From positions 1-62,852 of the forward strand of contig JAUCBJ010006436.1 of the NCBI GenBank assembly GCA_032718475.1: a stretch of 62,852 nt of DNA. Reading direction: 5' to 3'. Position 1 is the stretch's first letter. The number at the start of each line of letters is the position of its first letter. This document shows, in pieces, positions 13,948 to 27,937 of the stretch. The notes beneath the pieces were generated by a model, which was not told the DNA's origin, searched no databases, and saw only the letters and a program-made list of their open reading frames with translations. The translations under genes and the position numbers were made by a program. Source of the stretch: Nemertoderma westbladi (lineage: Eukaryota > Animalia > Xenacoelomorpha).

Positions 13948-14269
13948 GTAATTATCGGGTATACGGTCAATAAACTAACTAACTATCACATAATATTTTG
14001 AAACATCCAAATATAAGTATAATGATATTTTCACAAATTAATGATAAACTGAAAACAAATAATGAAAGAAATAATACAGTAGCACATTGTTGAAACCAGT
14101 TAAATTAGATTATTTAGTCCAGAGTTAAAGTTGTATTTAGCTTATTTGTTAATCGGAGATAACGGAAGTCACTCCTCCCTGAAGTGAATCTCATCGTACT
14201 GCACAGTCGCAAGGATAACAACATTGGTATCAATGGTATGTCTATAGTTTAGAATAATGTCTCTGGTAG

Positions 14270-14680
14270 AAGTTGATAATAAAGGTGTTTACAGTGACTA
14301 ATATTGCCCCATGGTTTAAAGAAAATTGTGCCGTAGCCAGAGATGCCTTTAGACAGGCAATGGGGCGCTTTAGGTTAAGGACAAGGGTGACCCTTTGTCA
14401 AACTCAGTTTATGGATAAAATGCGGAGCCAGTACAAGAGGGTCCTACCGAAAGCTCATTTTGACTACAACTGTGCAAGGTCTGACAAGCCGCGGATGTAT
14501 AAATTTGCAGATTCAAAAAATTCTGGAAGCTTTTAAGACAGAGCTGCCATGGCCTCAAGTACCCCTCAGCAATCCCCGATAAGTGCTGAGGTATTTGCGA
14601 CCCATTTTAGGACTCTTAACGAGGAAGGGTCTAGCTTCACGATGGACCGCCTCCCAATAACGACTTTGTCTTAGACAAAC
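14270..14680 (+). mobile_element. Probable degraded LINE ORF2 relic
   Basis: PWFKENCAVARDAFRQA...YKR resembles the endonuclease-RT linker of non-LTR elements; interrupted by stops. Weak call. Confidence 0.35.
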
Positions 14681-15978
14681 AGATTTTTAAGAATTATATC
14701 TGCATTCCGCTAGAGGAGGAGGTAGCCATGACTACCAGTAGGTCACGTACAGTAGTAATAAAACACCGGGTTTAATGAAATTAAATAGCGTGATCATAAG
14801 AAGTTACAAGGGTGGCAAGAGACCGACACTGGGGATAGTTGAGGGCATGGTACCTATCGGAGGGTGAGTCGCAGTATCGGCAGATTCACTCAGTGGAAAT
14901 CGCGTGGAAGGGAACAGTGGCAGTACAGATTGGGTGGCGGAAACCATGCGCTGTGGCGCGGGTCACGTGATGGCGGTTCCGTTGCCCGGACCGCTTCCAG
15001 ACAGAACTGGTGAACTCTGGACTATCGATATAATGTACCGAAGTGAAATTGGCCTCTTGCTCAGAGCCAAACATTCTATTTGAGGCCGGTTATATTGAGA
15101 GGAGAGGTAAGTGGTTTAGGGGACCGATTAATGAGTTAATGAATCATATTTATAAAGGTAAATATTTGCCAATAAACAAAACTGTCCACTCAGAGAGAGA
15201 GACATGTGCTAGAATGATTTTTACATTCCAGAATATTACATTTCGGTTAGCAATTATTAGAAAAAAGGACAGGCCCCAGGCATGTCAGATGCAAATGATA
15301 TAAATAGTAAATATGTACTGTAGTAGCCCAATTTCTAGCTGGCGCTATTAATGGCAAATTATTGTTACAACGGGATTGAAAAAATATATAAATATCAACA
15401 TTCAACTATTATGATTACGTTTATTCCCTTTACGCACCTACCAAATCTCAAGAACAGAATCCCTCGCGGTATTAATTACATACGCGCAAAGTTTGAACTT
15501 TGTACCCAGTTATCTTGACAACAAAAATATATAAAAATAATATATAAATATAAAAATTCCAGAGACATTTTATTACATTTCTGTGAACCCTGGTCATCAT
15601 ATCCACCTAGTCGACCGAAAAGTGAAATCCTGGTATTCTTCACATGGGCAACAAAAGTAGCATATAATAAGTTTCTAAGGAAATATTATGAAAATAGTGC
15701 CATAAAAAGGGAAAAGATGGACCTCCGCAATCTGCCAGCTACATGACCTGTTATTGTACACCTTGATTCAATCAAAAACAAAATAATTCAAATAGTGTAC
15801 ACCTTTATACTGTAAATGACGTTGCAGTACATAATCCCTGTATATTGCAGACCTAAGTACCTACAATAGTAGGCCTATTGTCCATTATATGTGTTACTTC
15901 TTTCGTTTGACAGTAAAGCATTACTGAGGCCATTGAGTCGTTGTCCATTAGTCTTCTTCTTACCTTATTTATCACTCA

Positions 15979-18900
15979 CTATATTTGTTCAGTTCTTGTA
16001 CTTCCCTTATATTGACATGACGCACATGCTAGGAATGCACAAACAGCACCAAACAGCAGACATGGTAAGAGAAGGCTCATGTATATGTATAAGTGATCCT
16101 GTTGAGATTGCCCGAACCGTGAAACTAAACTCCGTACTCTGTCGCTGAAATGTATCTCATGTGGAGCTTCACTACAGCACCTTCATGGAGGTATAATTGT
16201 AAATCAATTAGTTTAATTGTTAACATTGGTGAATGAGAACACGTCGAACTCGAATGTGAGCACGTCGAACTCGAATGTGAAAACGTCGACCTCGAATGTG
16301 AACACGTCGAACTCGAATGTGAACTCATCGAACTCGTCTGCGAACAAGTCGAACTCGTCTGCGAACAAGTCGAACTCGAATGTGAACAAATCGTACTCGA
16401 ATGTGAACACGTCGAAATAGAATGTGAACACGTCGAACTCGAATGTGGACACACCGACCTAGAATGTGAACACGTCGAACTTGAATATGAACACGTCTAA
16501 CTCGAATGTGAACTCGTGAATATCGAGGTGCACACGTCGAACTCGTTTGTGAACACGTCAAACTCGTTTGTGTACACGTCGAACTCGAATGTGAACACGT
16601 TTAACTCGAATGTGATGGTAAACAAGTCGAACTCGAATCTGAACACGTCGAACTCGAATGTGAACACATCGAACTCGATTGTGATGTCGAACATGTCAAA
16701 CTCGAATGTAAACACGTCGAACCCGAATGTGAACACGTCTAACTCGAATGTGAACACGTCGAACTCGAATGTGAACACACCGACCTCGAATGTGAACACA
16801 CCGAACTCGAATGTGGACACGTCGAACTCGAATGTGAACTCATCGAACTCGTCTGCGAACAAGTCGAACTCGAATGTGAACAAATCGTACTCGAATGTGA
16901 ACACGTCGAAATAGAATGTGAACACGTCGAACTCGAATGTGGACACACCGACCTAGAATGTGAACACGTCGAACTTGAATATGAACACGTCTAACTCCAA
17001 TGTGAACTCGTGAATATCGAGGTGCACACGTCGAACTCGTTTATGAACACGTCAAACTCGTTTGTGTACACGTCGAACTCGAATGTGAACACGTTTAACT
17101 CGAATGTGATGGTAAACAAGTCGAACTCGAATCTGAACACGTCGAACTCGAATGTGAACACATCGAACTCGAATGTGAACACGTCGAACTCGATTGTGAT
17201 GTCGAACATGTCAAACTCGAATGTAAACACGTCGAACTCGAATGTGAACACGTCTAACTCGAATGTGAACACGTCGAACTCGAATGTGAACACGTCTAAC
17301 TCGAATGTGAACACGTCGAACTCGAATGTGATGACGTCGAAATCTTTTGTGAACACGTCGAATTCGTTTGTGAACACGTCCAAGTGGATGGTGAACAAGT
17401 CGAACACGAATGTAAACACGTCGAACTCGAATTTGAATACGTCGGAGTTGTTTGTGAACACGTCGAATTCGTTTGTGAACACGTCCAACTCGATGGTCAA
17501 CAAGTCGAACTCGAATGTAAACACGTCGATCTGGTCTGTGAACACATCGAACACGAATGTGAAAATTTCGAATTCGAATGTAAAGCCGTCGAACTCGTCT
17601 GTGAACACCTTGAACTCAAATGTGAACACTTCGAACTCGAATGTGAACACGTCTACCTCGGATGTAAACACGTCGAACTCGAATGTGAACTTGTTTATTA
17701 ACAAGTCGAACTCGAATGTGGCCACGTCAAACTGGAATGTGAACTTGTTTGTTTACACGTCGAACTCGAATGTAAACTTGTTTGTTAACACGTCGAACTC
17801 GAATGTGGAAACGCCGAACTAGAATGTGAACTTGTTTGTTAACAAGTGGAACTCGAATGTGAACTTGTTTGTTAACACGTCGAACTCGAATGTGGACACG
17901 CCGAACAGGAATGTGAACTTATTTGTTAACAAGTCGAAATCGAATGTGAACTTGTTTGTTAACACGTTGAACTGGAATGTGAACTTGTTTGTTAACAAGT
18001 CGAGCTCGAATGTGGACACGTCGAACTCGAATGTGAACTTGTTTGTTAACATGACGAACTCGAATGTGGACACGTCAAACGTGAATTTAAACGTGTTTGT
18101 TAACAATTCGACCTCGACTGTGTACTTGTTTGTTAACACATCGAACTCGAATGTGGACACGTCGAACTCAAATGTGAACTCGAATGTGAACTTGTTTGTT
18201 AACACGTCGAACTCGAATGCGAACGTGTTTGTTAACAAGACAAACTCGAATGTGAACTTGATGTTAACACGTTGAACTGGAATGTGAACTTGTTTGTAAA
18301 CACGTCGAACTCGAATGTGAACGTGTTTGTTAACAAGACAAACTCGAATGTGAACTTGATGTTAACACGTTGAACTGGAATGTGAACTTGTTTGTTAACA
18401 CGTCGAACTCGAATGTGAACGTGTTTGTTGACACATCGAACTCGAATGTGGACACGGCGAACACGAATGTGAACTCGTCTATTAACACGTCGAACTCGAA
18501 TGTGAACTCGTCTGTTAACACGTCGAACTCAAATGTGGATACGTCGAACTCGAATGTGAACTTGTTTGTTAACAAGTCAAACTCGAATGTGGACACGTCA
18601 AACGTGAATTTAAACGTGTTTGTTAACAATTCGACCTCGACTGTGAACTTGTTTGTTAACACATCGAACTCGAATGTGGACACGGCGAACACGAATGTGA
18701 ACTCGTCTGTTAACACGTCGAACTCGAATGTGAACTCGTCTGTTAACACGTCGAACTCAAATGTGGATACGTCGAACTCGAATGTGAACTTGTTTGTTAA
18801 CAAGTCGAACTCGAATGTGGACACGTCGAACTCAAATGTGAACTCGAATGTGAACTTGTTTGTTAACACGTCGAACTCGAATGCGAACGTGTTTGTTAAC

Positions 18901-21068
18901 AAGACAAACTCGAATGTGAACTTGATGTTAACACGTCGAAATCGAATGTGAACTTGTTTGTTAACACGTCGAAATCGAATGTGAACTTGTTTGTTAACAC
19001 GTTGAACTGGAATGTGAACTTGTTTGTTAACAAGTCGAGCTCGAATGTGGACACGTCGAACTCGAATGTGAACTTGTTTGTTAACATGCCGAACTCGAAT
19101 GTGGACACGTCAAACGTGAATTTAAACGTGTTTGTTAACAATTCGACCTCGACTGTGAACTTGTTTGTTAACACATCGAACTCGAATGTGGACACGGCGA
19201 ACACGAATGTGAACTCGTCTGTTAACACGTCGAACTCGAATGTGAACTCGTCTGTTAACACGTCGAACTCAAATGTGGATACGTCGAACTCGAATGTGAA
19301 CTTGTTTGTTAACAAGTCGAACTCGAATGTGGACACGTCGAACTCAAATGTGAACTCGAATGTGAACTTGTTTGTTAACACGTCGAACTCGAATGCGAAC
19401 GTGTTTGTTAACAAGACAAACTCGAATGTGAACTTGATGTTAACACGTTGAACTGGAATGTGAACTTGTTTGTTAACACGTCGAACTCGAATGTGAACGT
19501 GTTTGTAAATAAGTCGAATTCGAATGTGAACTTGTTTGATAACAAGTCAAACTCGAATGTGGACACGTCGAACTCCAATGTTAACTTGGTTGTTAACACA
19601 TCGAACTCGAATGTGGACACGTCAAACGTGAATTTAAACGTGTTTGTTAACAATTCGAAGTCGACTGTGAACTTGTTTGTTGACACATCGAACTCGAATG
19701 TGGACACGGCGAACACAAATGTGAACTCGTCTGTTAACACGTCGAACTCGAATGTGAACTCGTCTGTTAACACGTCGAACTCAAATGTGGATACGTCGAA
19801 CTCGAATGTGAACTTGTTTGTTAACAAGTCAAACTCGAATGTGGACACGTCGAACTCGAATGTAAACTTGTTTTTAACACGTCGAACTCGAATGTGGACA
19901 CCTCGAACGCCAATGTGAACTTGGTTGTTAACACATCGAACTCAAATGTAAACGTGTTTGTTAACAATTCAAACTCGAATGTGAACTTGTTTGTTAACAA
20001 GTCGAACTCGAATATGGACACGTTGAATACGAATGTGATATAAAATGTGAACTCGATTGTGAACGTGAATGTGGACATGTCGAACTAGAATGTGAACAAG
20101 TCGAACTCGAATGTGGACACGTCGACCTCGAATGTAAATGTGTTTGTTAGCAAGTCGAACTCGAATGTGAACTTGCTTGCTAACATGTCAAACTCGAATG
20201 TGCTCACGTTGAATCGAATGTGAACTCGAATGTAATCTTGAATGTGAACTATATTATGAACTCGAATGTGGACACGTCGAACTCGAATGTGAACTTGTTT
20301 CGTAACAAGTCGAACTCGAATGAGGGCACGCCGAACACGTGGAAACATATAACTCGTTTGTGAACACGTCGAACTACAGTAGAATGTATACAATTAGAAC
20401 TCGTCTGTAGATAACAATGTATTATATCTATCAAATAACTTGAAATAAAATTAGTCAATTTGAAAAAAACGTTTTAAAACAAACGTTTTAAAACGTTTTG
20501 TAACCTACAGTAACAATAGCTAAAGGCCATGATACACCACAGGAGCGGCGAGCGGCAGCGGCGGGCGGCCGCGGCGAGCGGCTACTTTTAGTATGATACA
20601 CTATAGGAGCGGCGAGCGGCAGCAGCCATTTGTGGTCTATCATCACCCATAGAAAATAATGTGTTCTATTTTTAAAAAGTGGCCGCTTGCCGCTGCCGCT
20701 GCCGCTCGCCGCTCCTGTGGTGTATCATGGCCTAAACATGTCATACAATATTTTAAATAAGTATAAATAACTAGCTCCTGTATAGCACCAAAAGCTCGTT
20801 TATGGGTACACATACTGTACTATATAGTAGCGCCTGTCTGTACTCTATGTGGGAATCGAGCGCGAAAGTGCGATAATTATTCTACTTACTTTTCTATTTG
20901 TCGGCAACAATACTCAAGAGCTCTATTGTCATAAACCAAGCAATCTTCGTGGTCGTAGCAGGGCCCCCCAAGGTCAAGAACGTAGGCAGAAACTGCAGTA
21001 ACCTCAACCAATCCATGTATCACTGATAACACGATCGAATTGAGCAGTATACCAACGACACTCAACAT
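15979..21068 (-). CDS. Shisa-like / STMC6 single-pass membrane protein, join(21068..20890, 16180..15979), ~126 aa (may continue to a further exon)
   Basis: Signal-peptide-like MLSVVGILLNSIVLSVIHG. Donor AA|GTAAGT at 20889 and acceptor GAAG|G at 16181 join in phase 2 to give C-x5-C-x10-CC-x5-CC, then TM LYIYMSLLLPCLLFGAVCAFLA and juxtamembrane CASC. Confidence 0.7.
16232..20375. repeat. ~4.1-kb satellite on a 21-bp unit GAACACGTCGAACTCGAATGT (33-bp variant in the right half; ~500-bp higher-order duplications)
   Basis: Direct periodicity; duplicated blocks at offsets of 494 and 512 bp; lies inside the intron of the Shisa-like gene. Confidence 0.95.
20525..20732. mobile_element. MITE with long GC-rich TIRs
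   Basis: GGCCATGATACACCACAGGAGCGGCGAGCGGCAGCGGC and its exact reverse complement; TAAA on both flanks (Kolobok- or Harbinger-like). Confidence 0.8.
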
Positions 21069-21240
21069 TACACCGATTAGCAATAACTACTGTATTTAAT
21101 ATTATATAATAGCGATTTAATATTATAGGCCTAACTATTGAAATCTTTATTTGTAATTATTATTTCATTTGAATGTCAAAAATATATCCATTGTGAATAA
21201 ATTAATATTGGTAAATAAAACAGTCTGGTAAACAGATATA

Positions 21241-21906
21241 CACCATATCTCCCTTAATACAAACAACAATTTTTAGGAGGTCGGAACCCCCAACCCCCTA
21301 ATATTTTCCAAATTTCAATTATATGCTACGAAATTTGGTATGATGATATGTAGTTCGATAATTTTTACTAAGGTGTAAATTTTGAGACGTAAATCGCTAT
21401 ATTGCTGATGTTTTATTTACTCAATTCTAGAATATTAATTACGTGTAATGAAGAAATAAGATGGAGTGTTTTAAAGGCTCTACTGAATAATAATTAATAT
21501 TCTAGAATAAATACAAAAAACATTAGAATTGTAGGGATTTACGTCTCAAAATGTACACCTTAGTTTTTTTTATAATATCTTTGGTAATTTTTGGTGAAAT
21601 TTAAAACGTTCGGTTTTCAGATTCGGAATCTGCAGATAAAGGTGGTTCTCATATTATCTATATAACAAGCAAAAGACGAAGAATAAAGCCAACAGAGATT
21701 GTTAAATATAACTTAAAAGGCATTTTTATCGGCTTGTTGTATCGAAATGGCTCATAAATTAAAAAATCCAGCCAGGTCAACAGTAAGAAAAATTGTCGAA
21801 CTATCATCATACCAAATTTCGTAGCATATGATTGAAATTTGAAAAAAATAGGGAGGGGGGTTGCTCCGACCCCCTAAAAATTTTTGTTGAATTAAGGGAG
21901 ATAGTG
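21241..21906. mobile_element. Tc1/mariner-type MITE with long imperfect inverted arms
   Basis: TA|CACCATATCTCCCTTAA ... TTAAGGGAGATAGTG|TA; internal inverted pair ATATGCTACGAAATTTGGTATGATGA / TCATCATACCAAATTTCGTAGCATAT. Confidence 0.75.
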
Positions 21907-22175
21907 TACAGTATATTATTGTCAACTATAAGGCCGTAGTAATATCATTACGATGACGTCAACCCATATTGTATTTCTCGAAGAAAGGTTTTCTAGAACA
22001 CGTTATTACATAGAAATCTCTGCAAATTTGAAACATCAGCCCTATGGTAATAATTATCCAGTTGTTCCGCTTTTTTAAATGCATAACAAATATAATTATT
22101 AGTAACAAAGGTGCATGTTATTCGAGATATTAATGTACTTATCTCGCTCATCCGACTTGATTTGATATAGTCGCT

Positions 22176-24348
22176 ACAAAGAGTTAATAGGTAGGCTACT
22201 TACCAAAGAGTTCATAAGTAGGCTACTTACCAAAGAGTTCATGGGTAAGCTACTTACCAAAGAGTTCATGGGTAGGCTACTTACCAAAGAGTTCATAGGT
22301 AGTCTAGTTACCAAAGAGTTCATAGGTAGGCTACTTACCAAAGAGTTCATAGGTAGGCTACTTACCAAAGAGTTCATAGGTAGTCTAGTTACCAAAGAGT
22401 TCATGGGTAGGCTACTTACCAAAGAGTTCATAGGTAGTCTAGTTACCAAAGAGTTCATAGGTAGGCTACTTACCAAAGAGTTCATAGGTAGTCTAGTTAC
22501 CAAAGAGTTCATAGGTAGGCTACTTACCAAAGAGTTCATAGGTAGTCTAGTTACCAAAGAGTTCATAGGTAGGCTACTTACCAAAGAGTTCATAGGTAGT
22601 CTAGTTACCAAAGAGTTCATAGGTAGGCTACTTACCAAAGAGTTCATAGGTAGGCTACTTACCAAAGAGTTCATAGGTAGTCTAGTTACCAAAGAGTTCA
22701 TAGGTAGGCTACTTACCAAAGAGTTCATAGGTAGTCTAGTTACCAAAGAGTTCATAGGTAGGCTACTTACCAAAGAGTTCATAGGTAGGCTACTTACCAA
22801 AGAGTTCATAGGTAGTCTAGTTACCAAAGAGTTCATAGGTAGGCTACTTACCAAAGAGTTAATGGGTAGGCTACTTACCAAAGAGTTCATAGGTAGTCTA
22901 GTTACCAAAGAGTTCATAGGTAGGCTACTTACCAAAGAGTTCATAGGTAGTCTAGTTACCAAAGAGTTCATAGGTAGGCTACTTACCAAAGAGTTCATGG
23001 GTAGGCTACTTACCAAAGAGTTAATGGGTAGGCTACTTACCAAAGAGTTCATAGGTAGTCTAGTTACCAAAGAGTTCATAGGTAGGCTACTTACCAAAGA
23101 GTTCATAGGTAGTCTAGTTACCAAAGAGTTCATGGGTAAGCTACTTACCAAAGAGTTCATGCGGGTAAGCTACTTACCAAAGAGTTTATGGGTAGGCTAC
23201 TTACCAAAGAGTTCATGGGTAGGCTACTTACCAAAGAGTTAATGGGTAGGCTACTTACCAAAGAGTTAATGGGTAGGCTACTTACCAAAGAGTTCATGGG
23301 TAGGCTACTTACCAAAGAGTTAATGGGTAGGCTACTTACCAAAGAGTTAATGGGTAGGCTACTTACCAAAGAGTTCATAGGTAGGCTACTTACCATAAGA
23401 GTTCATGGGTAGGCTACTTTCCAAAGAGTTCATGGGTAGGCTACTTACCAAAGAGTTAATGGGTAGGCTACTTACCAAAGAGTTAATGGGTAGGCTACTT
23501 ACCAAAGAGTTCATAGGTAGGCTACTTACCAAAGAGTTAATGGGTAGGCTACTTACCAAAGAGTTAATGGGTAGGCTACTTACCAAAGAGTTAATGGGTA
23601 GGCTACTTACCAAAGAGTTAATAGGTAGGCTACTTACCATAAGAGTTCATAGGTAGTCTAGTTACCAAAGAGTTCATAGGTAGGCTACTTACCAAAGAGT
23701 TAATAGGTAGGCTACTTACCATAAGAGTTCATAGGTAGTCTAGTTACCAAAGAGTTCATAGGTAGGCTACTTACCAAAGAGTTAATGGGTAGGCTACTTA
23801 CCAAAGAGTTAATGGGTAGGCTACTTACCAAAGAGTTCATGGGTAGGCTACTTACCAAAGAGTTCATGGGTAAGCTACTTACCAAAGAGTTCATGGGTAG
23901 GCTACTTTCCAAAGAGTTCATGGGTAGGCTACTTACCAAAGAGTTAATGGGTAGGCTACTTACCAAAGAGTTAATGGGTAGGCTACTTACCAAAGAGTTA
24001 ATGGGTAGGCTACTTACCAAAGAGTTCATGGGTAGGCTACTTACCAAAGAGTTAATGGGTAGGCTACTTACCAAAGAGTTCATGGGTAGGCTACTTACCA
24101 AAGAGTTTATGGGTAGGCTACTTACCAAAGAGTTAATGGGTAGGCTACTTACCAAAGAGTTAATGGGTAGGCTACTTACCAAAGAGTTCATGGGTAGGCT
24201 ACTTACCAAAGAGTTTATGGGTAGGCTACTTAGCAAAGAGTTCATGGGTAGGCAGGCTACTTACCAAAGAGTTCATGGGTAGGCTACTTACCAAAGAGTT
24301 CATGGGTAGGCTACTTACCAAAGAGTTCATGGGTAGGCTACTTACCAA
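22176..24348. repeat. 27-bp satellite ACCAAAGAGTTCATRGGTAGGCTACTT, ~80 copies
   Basis: Clear 27-bp periodicity. The left half alternates two variants (GGCTACTT / GTCTAGTT). The main unit carries G|GTAAGT on the minus strand. Confidence 0.97.
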
Positions 24349-27300
24349 GACATCATAAACTACAGTATTTACCTGCCATCCAATCGTCAAAGGGAACTGC
24401 TACTAATTATGTTCATTATTTCGTCTGTCGCATCGGCTCTCCATCCATGGAAGACCCGCTGGTATCAATCTGTACCAAACCCGTAGGCCTACCACGAACA
24501 AAGTGCGTCTCATCGTATTGATAATGACGTTCCCACCAATTTCCAAGGACTTCCAATCATGCTCACTTATTCCTGCTTATTCAACAACTTTCACATACAA
24601 CAACCTCAACATGCATCGTACTGTGTACTGTATTACAAGTTGTAAATAAATACTGCTCAAAATAATTATATATTAATTACATATTATGTTCATTTGTAAT
24701 TCTCTAACATAACAAACCCGAAATTGCTCAAAGGTCCGCATCTACTTACGCATGAACTGTCCCCTTGAATGGCTTTTACTACCAATCTTACTAATCAAAA
24801 AAATCTACGGGAATGTGAAGATTGAACTCAGTACCTATAATGATTCCAAGTCCCCCGCTGTACCTCTAAAACCAAAACCAAAGTGGAAATTAACAATATC
24901 AAGAACAACAAGTCAACAACAACAACGGAGTAAATACTAGAGGTCTCGCTACACGGACCTATAAAAAGTACCGGTATTTATTTCTGAAATTCGGAGTCCT
25001 AGGGCAAATTTCCCCGATAATTACCAAAGCGCCATTTTTTCTTTTCCTAAAAAAATTTCCCCTCCAAAATAAAAATTTGGTATTTAGCAAAAAAATATAG
25101 GTTGAAAACAAATTTCTTACTCGCATTTGGAGTTGGTTTCCAAGTTAATTAAACGCGAGACTGTAATAAAATTACTATATTGTATTATAGGTATTACCAA
25201 ATATATACGATGTGTAACATTAGCATTTAAGAGTTAGGCCCATTACCAGAACACCCGGTAGGTACCGGTACAATTATCAATAACCGGCCAACAATTACTT
25301 TCATTTTCCAGTTAGCAGCACAAATGCTTACCAGACATCCGGAGCATCGGTAGGGCTACATACTTAATCTAATCATAGGCCTGTAGGCCTAATCTACAGT
25401 CAGACAGTGCAGGTATGCCAAAACAGTATGTTAATGATACAGTGATCTGGTGATAGGCGCCCTAAACACAGAAACAGGAAGTATCTGCTGATCGGAACCA
25501 GTTCGACGAGAAAGAACAAAGTTTACGTACGCATCTGTTTCCTGTTGCCTGATGCTAACAATCAATTACACTACACTGTATAAAGTAGCCCTACTGTATC
25601 TGCCTTCAGGCCTATGTCTCAGTATGTACATACGTACTGTAATGCCCTTTCTGTAGAGTCTTTTAAGCACCAGGTTAAACAACACTTTTTGAGTCAAGTA
25701 CAACAGTAGGCCTAGTGCAGTATGAACATTCAATCTGGCAATTGTAAATATGATTCAGTTATTCGGCAGTTTTTTCAGTCAGTCAGTCAGTCAGTGGTCC
25801 ACACAGAGACAATGTATTGACTGACATTTCAATAATTTATTTTATTTTTTAGTTCAATTGTAATTTATTAACATATTTAGCGTTGTAAATAATATAGATA
25901 CTGTAGTCACCAGACGTTTTTTTTAGCCAAATTGTAATGTTTTCTTATTAAACATCTGTTTTGGATTCGGTATGGGGTTTTAAGATACTGTAGATTAAAT
26001 ACATTACTATTTTCCAGTCTGACTGAATTATTGAGTGCTTATTTTATTAATTTATATTTATTTTAATTGAACTTCTTACTTCTAGGTTTTGATGTTCCAT
26101 ATTCGCCTGTTTCACTCTTTTTTCTATCGCGCAAATTTTTAAGTCTAAATAATTAATTTTAATTCATGTGTTGTCTATCGCGCACTTTTTAACACTAATT
26201 TTAATTCACTTTTTTATATCGTACACATTCTTAAATAATTAATTTTAATTTATAAATAAATTTATGTAATTCCTACTTACACCATATGTAATTCCTACTT
26301 ATACCCTCAAATTCATTAATAATTAATTCATATTAATCTATTTTAACAAATTAATTTGTTATTTTAGTAATTTAAACGCTGCGCTCACTTTAATGCTGTG
26401 CTTTTTAAAGGGACCTCCATGGAAACGAGGTTTATCCTCCTGGAGCTATCCCTAACATTGTATGTCTACAAGATAAATCTATATTTTATTTATGAACTAT
26501 GCACTATATTTTGTATTAATCTATTTTTTTTATTAAATTAAAATATTATAGTCGATTCCAACTTATTCCGGTTATTAGTGTATTTATGTTATGTTTTATA
26601 TGTCTTACATTTTATATGGATTATGTACAATGTTAATAAAAAACTTCAACTTCAAATTCTACAGCTCATTAGAACAGGCAGCTTCTACAGTAGTGTTGGT
26701 ATATTTGTTAACTCCAACTGTCCAAGAAGATTAACATTTTGTCAGATATCTTTGAAAATCCTCAGGAAATGTCCGATCGTACAATCAGACAGTATCAGAG
26801 TATGAGCATAATAAGCTCTACAGTAGGGATGGCATGCTTTTCCGCTTACTTTTTTTTTTATCAAATAATAGTCCTTTTTCAATCCACTACATTTACATTT
26901 GAAAATACATTACTCTACTGTATAAAATTTGAATAAATAGGCCTATGCAAAAGTTAATTATCATTAGGTACCAGTAATACTTAGTATACCTAACATTTAG
27001 GCTTAACATACAGTTGGCTTATATAATTAAGTCATACTTATTAAATTGTTACTTTTCTAACTTTACCTGTTTACTAACGTACCGTAACATAATAACAATA
27101 GTAGGCCTAGTTAAAATAAATTGACAAATTATCAGCTCCGGAAATATGGTGAAATGATTTGGTTGTTCTTTAAGAATTATAAATTACAACGAGAAATAAA
27201 CGCGAGCGAAGCGAGCGAAATTTTTTTGTGTATTTTCGTGATTTCAATTAATTTGTGGTGCGCATCAGAGCTGAGGCGCAACGCGCATCTGTCTCACCCG

Positions 27301-27937
27301 GACGCGCAACGCGCATCTGGTTCGCGGTCATTCGCGCAGGTACGCGTCCGTCAGTCCGTGTTTTGCAGCATGAATTCCAACCTGGGTTATAGGATGTACA
27401 GTAGATCTAGATCTGTACACAGCAATAGCCTAGGATTAGTGGAATTTTATATTTAACAGTTTATTTTTAAAAACAGAAAAAGTTAATTTCTTTAGTTTCA
27501 TGAAATATTTCCATTTTCGAATAAAATGATTAAAACAACTAACAGGTCAGGGTGTCTATATACCTTTCTAGTTGGAGGGAAATTGAGTAAAATACTTAGC
27601 ATTAGACGTTTGAAAAAAAGTAAAATTCAGAATCAATGAATATGTTTTGTGCTGCGCGAAGCGGAAAAAGATGCCATATTTACATTTTTTGTTTTAAGTT
27701 GTTCACTATAGGTTGAAAAATGACTGTTAAATTTTCTGGAGCGTTCCCACAAGAATTGGCGAGGGGGGAACGGTTTTTATCAAGGCAGCAAGGGTACGGA
27801 TTTACATAATCCTATCTGCTGCTGACTGGCTGAGCTGATCTGCTATCTATCGGGTACGGTATTCAATTCATTTATCGGTAATCATTTCAGCAGTTAGGCC
27901 TACTGAGTTAATTAATATTAAATAGTTCCTGAAGAAA

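Noticed and set aside
16125-20458. Many FTFEFDV / NSNVNTS ORFs as real proteins
   Set aside because: Satellite translations broken by stops and frameshifts, lying within a predicted intron.
22174-24282. Long ORFs of 9-aa repeats on both strands (GRLLTKEFI / NSLVSSLPM)
   Set aside because: A trivial result of a 27-bp unit lacking stops in those frames; no unique termini, and frameshifts occur in the array.
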